From the NCBI RefSeq assembly GCF_009914755.1, contig NC_060936.1: a DNA stretch of 64,000 nt; one strand, written 5' to 3'. Positions within the stretch are counted from its first letter, which is position 1. Each line of letters opens with the position of its first letter. Both the position numbers and the translations under genes were made by a program. The notes under the pieces were generated by a model, which worked only from the letters and a program-made list of their open reading frames with translations, was not told the origin of the DNA and did no database searches. This DNA comes from the human T2T-CHM13v2.0 reference genome, Homo sapiens. Shown one piece after another: positions 1 to 17,029 of this stretch.

Positions 1-2257
1 AAAAAAATAAAATAACTTCTCACTCTGTAGCAAATCCAGGGCTTGTACATTTCAGATTAATTCAGTAAAAAACTCACAAGTAAAATAATGCATATTTAAG
101 GGAAATATTATACAGACTTTTTCACACAGAAGTACATAATAAGATTTTTTAAAATCTATTGCCATTCATTTATTTTTGCACAAAAACGTATAAATATGTC
201 ACCAGCTTTTCTTAACTTAAAAAACTTAAATAAAAGACACCAGATGAAAACTACCCTTTGCTGCCATTTTTTTTTAAGTTTTTTTGTAGGGGTTTTTTAT
301 TTTTTGTGTTTTTTTTCTTTTTCTGCTTAGAATTGGGTTTCTAGGGAAGAAAAGCCCCTGCATTAAAAACAGCCCATTTAAAAAAAAAATTCAAAGTTCT
401 GATGAATTCCGGGAAAAAAGCAACCCCAAAGTGGTAAAAGATTACAAATATCTACTTTACAATTTGTCTTCTCACCAAGATAATTTTATACAAGTTTACA
501 ATCTTCATCTTCTTATGCTCTTCAAAAGGCCTTGAGAATTTTCCTTTCTGATTAAGAAAAAATAGCACTGCAATATTTTTAAAGTCAATTTTACACTGTA
601 CACATTAGATACAAATGGTTTGATATATCAGATTTTTTATCCTATACATTGCGAAAGTCAACCCCCCCTTCAACTGGTGGTACAGAGAACAAAATTATCC
701 ATTTACAAGTTATTTCTCTGCTTTCACATTCCCACCACACAACTTTTTTTTTAATATAATGTTTTAAACTTTAGATTATTTCAAGAAAAATACTTTTACA
801 AAATCATATCAATTATTACATTTTTCCTTTTTTGTTAATAACCAGGACATGGAAGTCTCTTGGAAGAACTTTTAAAATTTGCATGATTCTCTCCACAGAT
901 GACAAGAGCTCAAAGGCCTGGTCACAGTGGCTCCCGGGAGGCCAGTACACACCCACTGTCCTCAGACAGAAACACACAACACAAGGGTTAGAAACAGGGT
1001 TTCAAAGACAACCCTCTGGGCCAGGAATGAGGAGTCATAAAATACTTCAATTAGCCATTAATGCTTTAAAAAGGCATTTTTTTAAAAAGTCCCACCACAA
1101 AGGCTCAACTTCAAGTACTAATTTAATGGTTAAGTTGTAATATTTCTTTGAAATAATATTCCTATGGTCCAGAAAAAATTCACCATATTTATAACTGATT
1201 TCATGAGCAAACACTTTCAATTGTTGTATGTACATAAGTCCCTTTTGATCTAATGAGAGGAGAGACCTGGCTTCCAATAAGAATTCACTAGAAAATATAT
1301 TTCCGTTGTGACTATATAAAACTAATTAAGGTACTTGCCTCCATGGCTCTGAGTTGAGCTTGACTGCCTTCTGTATAAAAATGTTATCCTTCATGAAATG
1401 CTGGCCACTTAACATGGCAGAACTTTTAAAATCCAGTTTGTTGTTAACAAAACCTACTGCTGGGTGGTTTTGAATATATTACTTTTAGGCATGATCTCCC
1501 CAATGTGTTTTTACTCCTTTTCCGGCTTCTAGGACAGAGGTATGTAGTCAAAGAATCCTATGGTGGATCTGAATTGGGTTTCAGCTACTGTACCTGGTCC
1601 TTGTGAATTAAAAAAATAAAGTCACAAAAACCATATGACAAAACAAATTAAAATAAATAAACAAAATGAAGCTGTCTCCAGACCTTCTGCATTGACACAC
1701 AGGTTTGAAGTCAACCAAAGCACTCATGCTAATCTGGATGGGAACACTAGGGAGACAGAAACCCCAGTATGAAACCATGTACTTGAGCTGGTTCTTATTT
1801 TTAAAAAGTCCCAGATTATGGAGTTCAGGTAACCCACAGGCCATACACCAGTAACTAAGAGGATTTCATCCAAAGGGCTAGACTGCCCTCAATTGTATAC
1901 AGAGGCTGAAAACACAGACTCTTGTGCAAAAGGACACTGTCTCTTCTGTTTCCCGCTGAAAAGCCATCAACCACCACCACTTCCTGGGGACCAGTGGTTG
2001 GGGCTACACACACCACCGCACTGGCTGAAAGTCACCACTTATGGAAGTTTCCAGGTCCATGAGAGAAGTGTCAAGGAGTCACTCTGGTAATGAACACTGC
2101 AGAATTGACATGTGCCTGCTGAGAAGGAATCACAGTGCAGGACTGTGGAGAGTGGTCTGAAGAAAAGGATGTGGGTTATTTGCAGAGTGTAGCAGGTTCC
2201 TTGGACTGAGGTTGCAGGGAGAAGGAACTGAGCCAGAGAGAACAAGTGCTTTTCCAA
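1..2257 (-). other. MED13L: 3' UTR (continues beyond window start)
   Basis: Repeat-free AT-rich sequence immediately downstream of the TAA at 2258-2260. Confidence 0.9.
169..174 (-). terminator. AATAAA poly(A) hexamer candidate; a second copy at 296-301
   Basis: Plus-strand tttatt reads AATAAA on the transcript strand; usage cannot be shown from sequence. Confidence 0.35.
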
Positions 2258-2446
<189 letters not shown>

Positions 2447-2560
2447 TCAGATTCTAATACATTCCAGATCTTAGCAGGAAGGAGGTCTCAAAGGCATTCC
2501 TTAACTTGCCCCAGGCTCTTTCCCTCATCCTTTGTCTCATGTTCCTCCTTCCTTCTAGAT

Positions 2561-3175
2561 ATGGACTATCCAGTACAGTAGCCAGCAGCCACACATGGCC
2601 ATTGAGCTCCGCCAGTGAGGCCAGTAGGAACTTGCGTGGACTGCAGGTAAAGTAGGCACTGGAGCCCAAACACTTAGGGGCCAGGTGCAGTGGCTCACGC
2701 CTGGAATCCCAGCAACTTTGGGAGGCCGAGGTGGGGGTGGATCACCTGAGGTCAGGAGTTCAAGACCAGGTGGCCAACATGGTGAAACCCCATCTCTATT
2801 AAAAATACAAAAATTAGTCAGGCGTGGTGGTGCATGCCTGTAATCCCAGCTACTTGGGAGGCTGAGGCAGGAGAATTGCTTGAACCTGTGGGCGGAGGTT
2901 GCAGTGAGATCATGCCACTGCACTCCAGCCTGGGTGACAGAGCAGGACTCCGTCTCCAAAAAAAAAAGAAAAAGAAAACGAAAAAAAGAAAAGTATGTAA
3001 AATATTTCATGAATATTTTTATATTGTTACATGTTGAAATAACATTTTGAGTATATTGAGTTAAATAAAATATATTACTAAAATTAACCAGTTTCTTTTT
3101 ACTATTTTAATGTGGCTAACAGAAAAATTTTAATTAGATTTGAGGTTCACATTGTATTTCTATTGGACAGTGTTC
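2561..3175 (+). mobile_element. MER33-like hAT-Charlie DNA transposon interrupted by an Alu
   Basis: Start resembles ctgtccaata...gtagcc-agccacatg; end tttctattggacagtg; flanked by ttctagat and ctctaggg. Confidence 0.7.
2679..2992 (+). mobile_element. Alu (S-type), full length
   Basis: ggccaggtgcagtggctcacgcc start, middle A-rich linker, poly(A) tail. Confidence 0.95.
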
Positions 3176-3183
3176 CTCTAGGG

Positions 3184-3486
3184 CAGCAGTCTCCAACCTT
3201 TTTTGGCACCCGGGACCAGTTTCGTGGAAGACAATTTTTCCACGTGGTGGGGGATGGTTTCAGGATGAAACTGTTCCACCTTAAATCATTAGGAGTCTCA
3301 TAAAGAGTACACAACCTAGATCCCTTGCATGTGCGGTTCACAATAGGGTTTGTGCCCCTATGAGAATCTGATGTCATTGCCTGACAGGAGGCGGAGCACA
3401 GGCTGTAATGCTCGCTCACTTGCTACTTACCGCATGCTGTGGGGCCTGGTTCCTAACAAGGCATGGACGGGGGTTGGGGACCCCTG
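3184..3486 (+). mobile_element. MER1-type hAT-Charlie MITE
   Basis: TIR-like ends cagcagtctccaacc and ggttggggacccctg; perfect 8-bp TSD ctctaggg at 3176-3183 and 3487-3494. Confidence 0.85.
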
Positions 3487-3744
3487 CTCTAGGGGGCCTG
3501 GAAGCCAAATTTATGTTGATCAGGTTCTTTATTTTTATCCATAACTATAATTATACATTAATCTATAATATATAGTTTCCTATCATTTCCTAACCATTTA
3601 AGAGTTAGAAAACATTAGAAAAGGCCTGTATATTTTCTCAAGGTAGATGAAGAATGCCTGTGGCTTGATTAATACACACTTCTGGAATGCACTTCTCAAC
3701 TATGTCATTTATGTTCTAGTCCATTTTTAAAAAAACACATAATC

Positions 3745-4134
<390 letters not shown>

Positions 4135-4397
4135 TCATCACCATGAAGTGCCTGCTCTGAACAGGAAGCAAAGGCAACTATAAATGCCTATCACTGCCTA
4201 ACTGAATCCAATGTATTACACCGCCTGTCCCATGCAGCTATGAGGGACTGCAGCTCTCACTGACTCATCAGATACTGTATCACTGCACAAACGGCAGCTT
4301 CTATGAATACCACACTTAGATTAAAACACCTTGGAAAGACAACAGTAAAGGAATATTGTTTCAAATTGCACTGCTATGATGCCTAGGTTGGTATCTA

Positions 4398-4532
<135 letters not shown>

Positions 4533-4904
4533 TTACCTCTCTGGTCTAGACAATCACAGTGCAGAAGTGAGGGAGGCCATGTCTGCCAGAAGCAGATGCT
4601 CCCAAAAGTCCGTAGAAGTCAGGGTTTCTGTGAGTCTACAAATTTTAACCTGCTCAGTAACCCCCAAGGTAATCCCAAATAACTTCTTATCCTAGAGTTG
4701 GAAAAAAACAAAAAAAAAGCAAACTTTTTGGGCTTTTTTTGTCTACTACATTTTGTTTCTTCAATGGAAATAGTCTAGCACACACAAAAATACTATAATA
4801 TATAATAAGGTCCCATGAATTGATATCGCCAAGATGCAACAATTATCAATATTCACCACTTTTCTGTTTTCATTTTCTTTTTCTGAATTAAACACAAATA
4901 TTAC

Positions 4905-6560
<1,656 letters not shown>

Positions 6561-7055
6561 AGTAGGGGATCTTTTGTTTTGAACCCTTAAAATTGGGATT
6601 AAAAGGTTCCAAGAAATATAAAGGAAGGAGCAAGTGTAAATGTGCGATGTTTTTAGCTGACTCTTACTCTTCTCTAATGAAGAATGTGAAGAGTCCCTGG
6701 CAGGGGAAGAAGAGGATGGCTGGTTATTATACCTTCGACACAGGCTTAACTTTACTGATAGTGATGCAATATAGACTTGGAGAAAGACCATCACATTGAA
6801 CCCCATGCATCCATCCTAGATTTACCCTCTGGGCCCCACTGTTTCCTCCTTGGGCTACAGTGATTCATTTCTTTGTGACATGGTTTTGGGTCCTCCTAAA
6901 TTCTACTCTCCACCTACAACTGTAATTAAAATTTCCTCAGAGTATAAGTAGATACAAGAGAAAAAAGGAACAGAATAAGATTATGGTGACTAAAACTGAA
7001 ATTTCTAACCAAAATTAAATTTAAGCGTAAATCACTCATTCCTTGCAAACTTCTA

Positions 7056-7349
<294 letters not shown>

Positions 7350-7805
7350 TCACAGAAAACAACAGGTGACTGAGAAAGGTAAGCGGGGCCAGCATCGTCT
7401 TTGCTGCACACATAGAGAAGATACCAGCAAAACTGACAGCCTCAGTCAAGTAAGTACAGATTTATTTGCTTGGGTTTCTTTTCTAAGGGATGTAAGATCT
7501 ATTTCATGGCATTATGATGTAACAAACTAAAATGGAAAGATTACAATCTCTGACAGCAGAAGGCTCTACCACACGCAGGTGCTCTTTCACCAGCAACCAG
7601 CCAAAGACACACAAGCGCACCAGCCTGACCAGGACAATGTGACACCAGTATGTGCACAGCACAAAAGTTCCTGAGCTGCCAGTAGTGCAAGATCTGCTCA
7701 CAGAGAAGCCATGTTTTCATTTGCAGCATTCCCCTTAATAAGAGACTCCTGGAAGAGGCTATGTTTTGCTGCAACTGACACTTTTCTTATCTTTTAATTC
7801 TTTTA

Positions 7806-8231
<426 letters not shown>

Positions 8232-8599
8232 TCAAACTGTATCAATTCTGAGTTGGTTAAAAAAATAAAAAATTTACTGCCACTTTGAACGCATTCTCTT
8301 CCCTGCTGTAATGTCTTAACTGGATATCAAAGAATGTTTAATGGTTCAGAAAAAGGAAATGCTGAAAGCCTCTTGGAGGTCACCTGGCTGCAGGTGCTCA
8401 GGATTGAAAAAGGCCACCTGGCTAGCTTCAGAACAGCACTGTCTAAATCATGGCATTGAATTAAAGACTTTAGTGCTTAAGGCTCCAAAAAAAGGGAGAA
8501 ATACAGCATACCTCTGTTTCTTACACAACTAACATTACAACTTCAATAACCAATTCTTTGTTAATGCATAAACTGAATTACAAAAACAGGTACTGGGAG

Positions 8600-8760
8600 G
8601 TAGTTGCTATTATTCCATTTCACAGATAAGGTAACTCAGGCTAAGAGAGGTGAAGTTAGCTTGTCCAAGGTCACAAAGCCCGTAGGCCCAGAGCTGCAAT
8701 TCAAAGTTGTCTTTAACAGACTGTGGGGCATGCATTCTTAGCTGCTATGCTACTTGCCTC
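8600..8760 (-). mobile_element. MIR
   Basis: ccatttcacagataagg...gtccaaggtcac core. Confidence 0.7.
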
Positions 8761-9776
8761 CAGAATTCAAATTAAACCCAACTTTAAAAAAATAGACAAT
8801 GTAACATTTGTGTTTTTCGTTCCTATCACAACCGTTTCCCATGAACAAATTATCATTAACTGGTAAGTACTGCAAAGGAAACAAAGACCCTTAAAACCCC
8901 TTCCTTCCAGAAGAGGGTAATAGGGGCAGGTATAACATGGGAACAGTCTGAGATGCCCTCCTCTGGTCTTACCTGCTCTGTGACTAATCTAAGCTATAAA
9001 CCTTTTTTCTCTCCAGCGTCTAATAAATTCAGTGCTGGGAATAAAAGTCCCCCCCCCCACCCCGATGAAAACTGAAGTCCTTTATGTCCATCTTTGTGTC
9101 TAAATAAATGAGTGTGAGCAGGCTGCTTATGCTTGTTCAGTCTAAGATACCAGACATAGCTATTTTTCAAAGTCTTAACTCCCCAGTCTCATAACATTTT
9201 AAATAAACAGTACAATACAGTGATGCAGCAGGAATCATCTAACTGAAGCAAAGTTACCACAAGCTGTGGCAGAACCCTCTAACTCTTAAATCTTCTGTTG
9301 TTCATCCACCTCCAATATCCCTGAGATATTTAAAGATGAAACCAGTTGTAAGCTCTGGTTTTTTCCTTAATACTCTGGCGTTAACCTGGACACATCTGTA
9401 AAATCAATCTCCTGGCGGCTCTTGCCATTCCTGCAGGTCGGCTAGAAAGAAGAAGGCTGCAAAATGACTAAGCCAGGACACGCAAAGAGCACGGCAGGCT
9501 CCTTTCAGAACAAGCCATCACCAACGTGTTCTTCAATCAGCACAATTACTCTGCATGTTGAGTAAGTACGGTTGTTGTACTAATCTCTTAAAAGCCACTA
9601 TTTTGGCAAAAAATAAAACCATTAAAAAACTGGGAAGCAGCAAGCAACTAGAACTAATTTTTGCTAAGAAAACAATGCATTAAAAACCCTTGCATCTGTA
9701 ATAGGACTATTCTTCTGATAAAACTTATTCATCAGAAATAATAACATATTTATTTCAAATTCCTGCCTTCTATTCA

Positions 9777-10145
<369 letters not shown>

Positions 10146-10575
10146 TCAATATCATAATAATCCAACCTAACCTATGTCATGTTTTGTTGGCATATGGCTA
10201 TTATGGACACACACTGTTAATAACTTAGATTCAGTTAGGACCTACTGAGTGCAAGCTATTACAAATTATTCTTTCATTTTGTACTCTCTCCAATGATCTC
10301 CTTATGTACAGTATTAACAGAATGCAATAAAGAATATAACATAAAAACCTACACTCTGCATAGCCTCCAAAGACACATAAAAGTATGGTAAAAGAGCTAA
10401 AGCAACAATTTAATCATTAAAATTGACACCATTCAAAAACACAGTAGACTCCATCTATGTATCCACTTAGCATCTAAAACACCAGAGGCTGAATGAATGC
10501 ATGTTAATGAGTGTGAACTTGCCCTGAAAATGGAGACCTATTCCAAAAGCAAATCAAAGCACAATGTTTTCTCTC

Positions 10576-10819
10576 TTTTTTTTTTTTTGAGATGGAGTCT
10601 CCCTCTGTTGCCCAGGCTGGAGTGCAGTGGCACGATCTCGGCTCACTGCAACCTCTGCCTCCTGGGTTCAAGTGATTTCTGGCTAATTTTTGTATTTTTC
10701 ATAGAGATGGGGTTTCACCACGTTGGCCAGGCTAGTCTCAAATTCCTGACCTCAAGGGATCCGCCTGCCTCAGCCTCCCAAAGTGCTAGGATTACAGGCA
10801 TAAGCCACCGTGCCTGGCC
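10576..10819 (-). mobile_element. Alu (S-type) with an internal deletion of about 50 nt
   Basis: T tail then gagatggagtct; junction gttcaagtgatttct|ggctaattttt lacks the usual right-arm segment. Confidence 0.9.
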
Positions 10820-11584
10820 CAGCATTTTCATTAAGAAATCCTCCCCAACATTATAAAAGTAAGGTACACTCACAGCAGAAAATTTGTAAAGAAAAGTATA
10901 AAAAGTGAAAACCATCACCTAGAACCCAATCACCATGATCATTTTTTTCTATGATTCTTTTATTTTCTCATATATTTGTTATTCTATTGTAATCATACCA
11001 GATATAAAATTTGGTATCCTTTTCCTCATCCCATTTACCATAAATAAACACTGGTAGGTGTTATAATTTCTTCAAAAACAATGCAAATGGATGCTGTGTT
11101 GAGTGTTTTATAGTTTATAAATAATCATTTTTTTAAACAAATACCTTAACAGCTATTCAAAAATTTCCATTAAGAATAATCAAATAAGGGTTTCTCTATA
11201 GCAAATTAGATTGCCATAGACTAGCTAAAGGAAGGTGCTCTCTTCATATTGCTTAGTACTTCACACATTTCAAATCACATCAGCAAATATTTATTGAAAG
11301 AGTGGCACCTAAGTACAGAACAGTGCCACGCAGGTATTATTTTTTGCCTTTAATGAAAAATGGAAGAAAGTTAATTGCCCAAACAAGGAAAATATTTATT
11401 TGGTCTTGTTAATTGTGCAGATAAATCAAAGCTTTAAGACCAAATAGTTTCTCAAACCTTCTATCCCCTCTTTATAGTTCCTGGGTTGTTTATTACAACA
11501 CAGAAAAGCCATGCGGCAGCCCAGTGATTCCATACTCCGGCTCTGCCCTGCATGAAGGTGAGCACTATCCATACAGGTCTTCTA

Positions 11585-11791
<207 letters not shown>

Positions 11792-12149
11792 TCAATCAAT
11801 GAACAACCCCAGAAATGAGGTTTTCAGAGGGCCTGATCTGGAGTGGTATGAGTCTGATGAAAATGCCATGATAAATACACATTCAAAATTGAGTCCAATT
11901 GTTTAAATATCTTCAAAGAAACTGACTCAGAGCACATAGCTGTCTATAATAACCCAAGTTTCATTTCATACTGAAAAGGTTAAGATAAAATTGGACCAAG
12001 TCCACTAAATGTTTTAATTACTTACGTAAGAAGTATTTCTAAAAATAAACACCCTACTTTCTTTCCTCCTCTGGTTGTTCACAATTTATAAAGTACTGTT
12101 CTAAACGGTTAACAATCCTATAGAGATAGGACCATAAAATCAATACATG

Positions 12150-12320
12150 TTATAACACTTAATGAATGCTTACTACATGCCAGCATTTGTGCTAAACTCT
12201 TCATTCAAGTCATCGCATTTGATCATCACAGCATCTGAAGGTAGGAACTATGATCCCCATTTATAGATGAGGACAAAAGCACAAAGAAGTTACGTAACTG
12301 CCCAAGTGGTAGCGGCAACA
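12150..12320 (-). mobile_element. MIR
   Basis: tgcttactacatgccagc...ccccatttatagatgagga core. Confidence 0.65.
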
Positions 12321-12969
12321 GAGGTAACCTATAGTCTAATGAGGACATCTGTCTCTCACTGGATTGATGACAAGTAACCCCATTCTCACACCACAATACT
12401 GTTGACTTTTATAAGGAATAAGTGGGGAAGGTCCCCCATTTGATTCAAGAAATATCTGGATGGTAAAGATAGGTTATAAAAATATAAAATCGCTCAGTTA
12501 CTGGTTTTCAAAAACCAGCCAGATTCTTAAGAAATTCTGTGGCCACGTTTTGGCCATCCACAAATGACACCTACATCTATTGAGAGCTTACTGTGTACCA
12601 GGTACTGTGCTAACTGCTTTATCCTTGTTTGCCTTCCCATTCATCTTCAACCGTATCAGAGAGACTATAGAAATATCCCTTCGAGGCTGCTGAGAGATTC
12701 TGCCAAATGCATGTCTTCAAAAGGATATTCAAATATGCATCATTCTGGTGTCTACTTTCATAGTTCTTTGGAGGGTGATCTTCATATACTAACAACAAAC
12801 TGGGGTCAGGTAACAGTCATTAGCCATGACTCTATGAGATCTCAATGATATTCAGAACTTAGTCTCTCCCCCGAGCTATGGTCAACAAACATGATAAAAT
12901 CACAAACCACTCCGCATGGAAGGTATCGAATGTTTTCCATCTTTAAGCCCCAAATACAATCTTCCCTTA

Positions 12970-13251
<282 letters not shown>

Positions 13252-15064
13252 TCATACACAGTCTTTAGAAATTCATACTGATGGGAGATTTGAGCTTTTT
13301 AGCAGTTCTGCCCGGTAATTGAATTTCCAAGGTTGGGCCCTAAAGGGAATTATGGCTTTACATATGTTCCCCTCCTTGCTATAGAGAATGTTACTCGACT
13401 TCTATTACACTTCATTAACAAAGGAACAAAGGCCTACTATTCTGTGGCTGAAGTCATGTCTGAAATGACCTTTGAGAGTCCAGCACTAATCCAGTCTAAT
13501 CTACCTAGACCAGATTTAGGCACTTAGAGTGCTTTTCCATGATGACAGCAGTGTTAGCTGCCCTATCCTTTCTCCTCCTTCTCAAGGTCCGATTCTTTCA
13601 GTACTCTGCTCTGGAGGAAAGCACTGGCAGGTGGAGGTAAACCTGAGTTTTGTTTATTGTTGTAGGTTAGTTATTTCCATGAAAGTCAAACAGCAGCAGA
13701 AATGAAGAGAAATAGTTCTTAGAACACCCAAAAGAGCTCACAACGAGTGTGAGTGAAGTGCTCCAAATGATGCCATACTAATAGTGGAGATTGAAATGTT
13801 GGCATAAATTTCCTTTCTAATGTTTATTGCCTCCAAACAAAAGCATTATACCTAACTGGAGCACTGTGGAGGATTATGTTACTCTGAGAAGTGGAAAGCA
13901 CTTGGTCCCCTCTTCTGACCTCCCTTACACACACGAAGTATGCGCCATTCCTATGCATCACCCCTGCTTTCGGATCCCATCTTGCTCATAAAATGCCACA
14001 CCAGTGCAGGCTGCTCTACCTCCACACTTTTTTTCCCCCAAATAAGCTGCCATTTCTCCCCTTAAAGAGCAAGTGAATGGAAAACTGTTTCCATATTCCC
14101 AATGAACCCCAAACTGAAGTGGCTGAAATAAAAGTGGCCAGGAACATGAAGAATGTTTGTTTTAAAACTATGGGAAATCACAGATGTGAGCTTCATATTT
14201 CAAACCAAGTACGAAAGAAAAGGCAGTGTGTATTTCATCATAAAGACTCTGGAGATAAGAAACAGAAATTCACAAAGCTGACTCTGAAACCTAAGGCTCC
14301 TGTCATACACTGTCCCATGGAGATGCAATGTGGCACAGATCTTGGCTCCTCAAAGGAAGGAGCTGTAGATTAGTAAACAGATTTCCTGTACACTAGGTTC
14401 TTCCTGTGTTTTTATTCCTGAACATACATTTTCTTTCAATCTTTTGATGGGCTCCTCCAGTCACACATTCCTCTCCACTAAGAGATAAGGAAGAAGAATG
14501 TGCCCTTACAAAAATCATACAAAGGAAGGAGATGGCCTTAATAATTTTCCAAAATACCAAGTGACTAGACTATTACTCTATATTTTTATCCTCCCTCTTC
14601 TTTCCTATTATAGTCTAACTTTCCCCAAGGGTTAAGAATAGCTCAAAGCCTTTAAGAAATAAGATTGACTAAAAAAGCAGACTGGGGAGGAAGATAGAAA
14701 ATTCTGACAGAAATAAAATGATGAATCCCCTAATGTATTAGACCTCCAGGCTTTTGATACAAGATTCATTATGATATTCCTTTAAAAAATGAAAAGGGTC
14801 TATTAGTCTACAGTACAACTTATTACTTAAAAAATTTGTAAATGCCAAAGAAAACATTTACTTAATACATATGATGTAATATTTATATAAACTGCTGTTA
14901 AACCCTGAAAATTTGATACCAGATTTAACCTGCATTGTAGGAAGCGAGGTACACTTAGGCATTCCTACAGTGCAAGTTATATCTGTACCAGTGATTTTTG
15001 TTTAGGGATTCTACAAATACCTGATGTGAATTTCCTATAAAAAAAAAAAGTACATGGTCTAATG

Positions 15065-15276
15065 CAGGGACCAGCAAACTATGATCCACAGGCCAAATCC
15101 TGCCTCCCATTTGTTTTTGTAAATAAAGTTTTATTAAAACACAGCCATCCACACTTGTCTAGAGCCGCTTTGACGTTACAACGGCAGAACTGAATAGTCA
15201 CAACAGCAACCATCTGGCCTGCAAAGCTGAAAATATTTACTATCTGGCCATTTACAAAGAAACTTTGCTGACTCTG
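15065..15276 (+). mobile_element. MER58A-like hAT MITE
   Basis: cagggaccagcaaacta...tttgctgactctg; TSD gtctaatg/ctctaatg. Confidence 0.85.
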
Positions 15277-16101
15277 CTCTAATGTATTTGCACCCAGGAA
15301 GCCACCAAGCTAATCTGTGACATTAAGTCTTTCTTTTGTGCAGATCTTAGGGAAAAAACTTCTCCCATCTGAATGCATATATTGAACTTCTTACAAATCT
15401 GTCATTACTTAATAAGGCTTTAAAAATAATCTAGGCTAATTCATACTACTCACATAAAACTGTACAAGTAGCTACATTGGGATAGTAAATGAGCTGGGCT
15501 CAGCACCAGGCAAGGCAGCTGCTGGTGGTCAGTTGTGTTGTGTTACAGTTAAAGTGCTTCCTGACTGTTAAATTTATGACAAAGAATATAAGCAGTGGTA
15601 GTTGGGGACTGAACTTCAAAAATCTGCTCTTGTAAGCTTCCAGGCTCAAGAACATCAGACAGTGGCAATGTGAATAAAGACTGCCTCTACTGGCAACTAC
15701 TTGTCCTCATGAAACAGGATTTCTTTGCTGTTGTGCCACCAAAAAAACTAAAGAAACACAAAACTCATCATCAACCACCAAACAAATTGAAGGCTGTTTT
15801 TATATGACTTCAACTGTCACCTATAATCACTGATATAAAATTTTTGTCTTAAAACTGACTAGTTCTTCTCCCTGATTCAATATATAAATAAATGTTCGAA
15901 ATGTGAATTTACTATCATTTTTATATTAATAAAACCCTCTTTTTGTTTTATATATTGGGGCTCAAAATTTAAGATTTTATTTGGATATTTATTTTGTTGC
16001 CAAAGAAGAGTTTAAAACTGGTTTATCCTGTACATATAAAAGAATCATAAAATAGAATCTGTTTAATTCTTACAAATTTAAACATTTTCTCCCTTAGCTC
16101 A

Positions 16102-16371
<270 letters not shown>

Positions 16372-16509
16372 TTATAAGACAAACACTAGAAATTCCAAAG
16401 AACCTATCCATGCTGTACCCACTTCATTTACATAGAAAACTGGAAATATTCATATTTGAGGAACGGTACAGCATTAATTTACATGCACCATAAACATCAA
16501 GTCTTCTCA

Positions 16510-16740
<231 letters not shown>

Positions 16741-17029
16741 TCAAAACCAAAATCAATATCAGTACAAAGCCATACAACTTAATGATTACAACAAAATCCA
16801 GAACGACACTGAGGGGACCCACAGGGAGTAATGGTAGTAAATCGTTTCTCTCTCTCTCTCTCCAGTACTAGAGACACATAAATAGTACTGAGGACACATA
16901 ACAAAATGATTGTTTAAATCATGTAAGCTGGGAAACTCAATCAAGCCAGTATTTCCTTATTAAAAGAAATTACTATTTTAGAAACTGCATTGGCCCAACT
17001 TCATTAGTTGTTAGGCAAGTGGGAAATTG

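Noticed and set aside
286-361. Possible 3' UTR hairpin (gtaggggtttt / aaagcccctgc)
   Set aside because: On the transcribed strand the wobble positions become C-A mismatches; weak and low complexity.
2244-2250. miR-302/372-family seed match AGCACUU
   Set aside because: Only 7 nt after the stop codon, within the ribosome shadow where sites are usually ineffective.
2555-3037. ORFs of 60-150 aa over Alus (also at 3823, 7803, 10497, 19282, 21381, 37065, 38423, 51812, 53926, 58548)
   Set aside because: Typical Alu translation artefacts ([18 protein letters not shown]); not genes.
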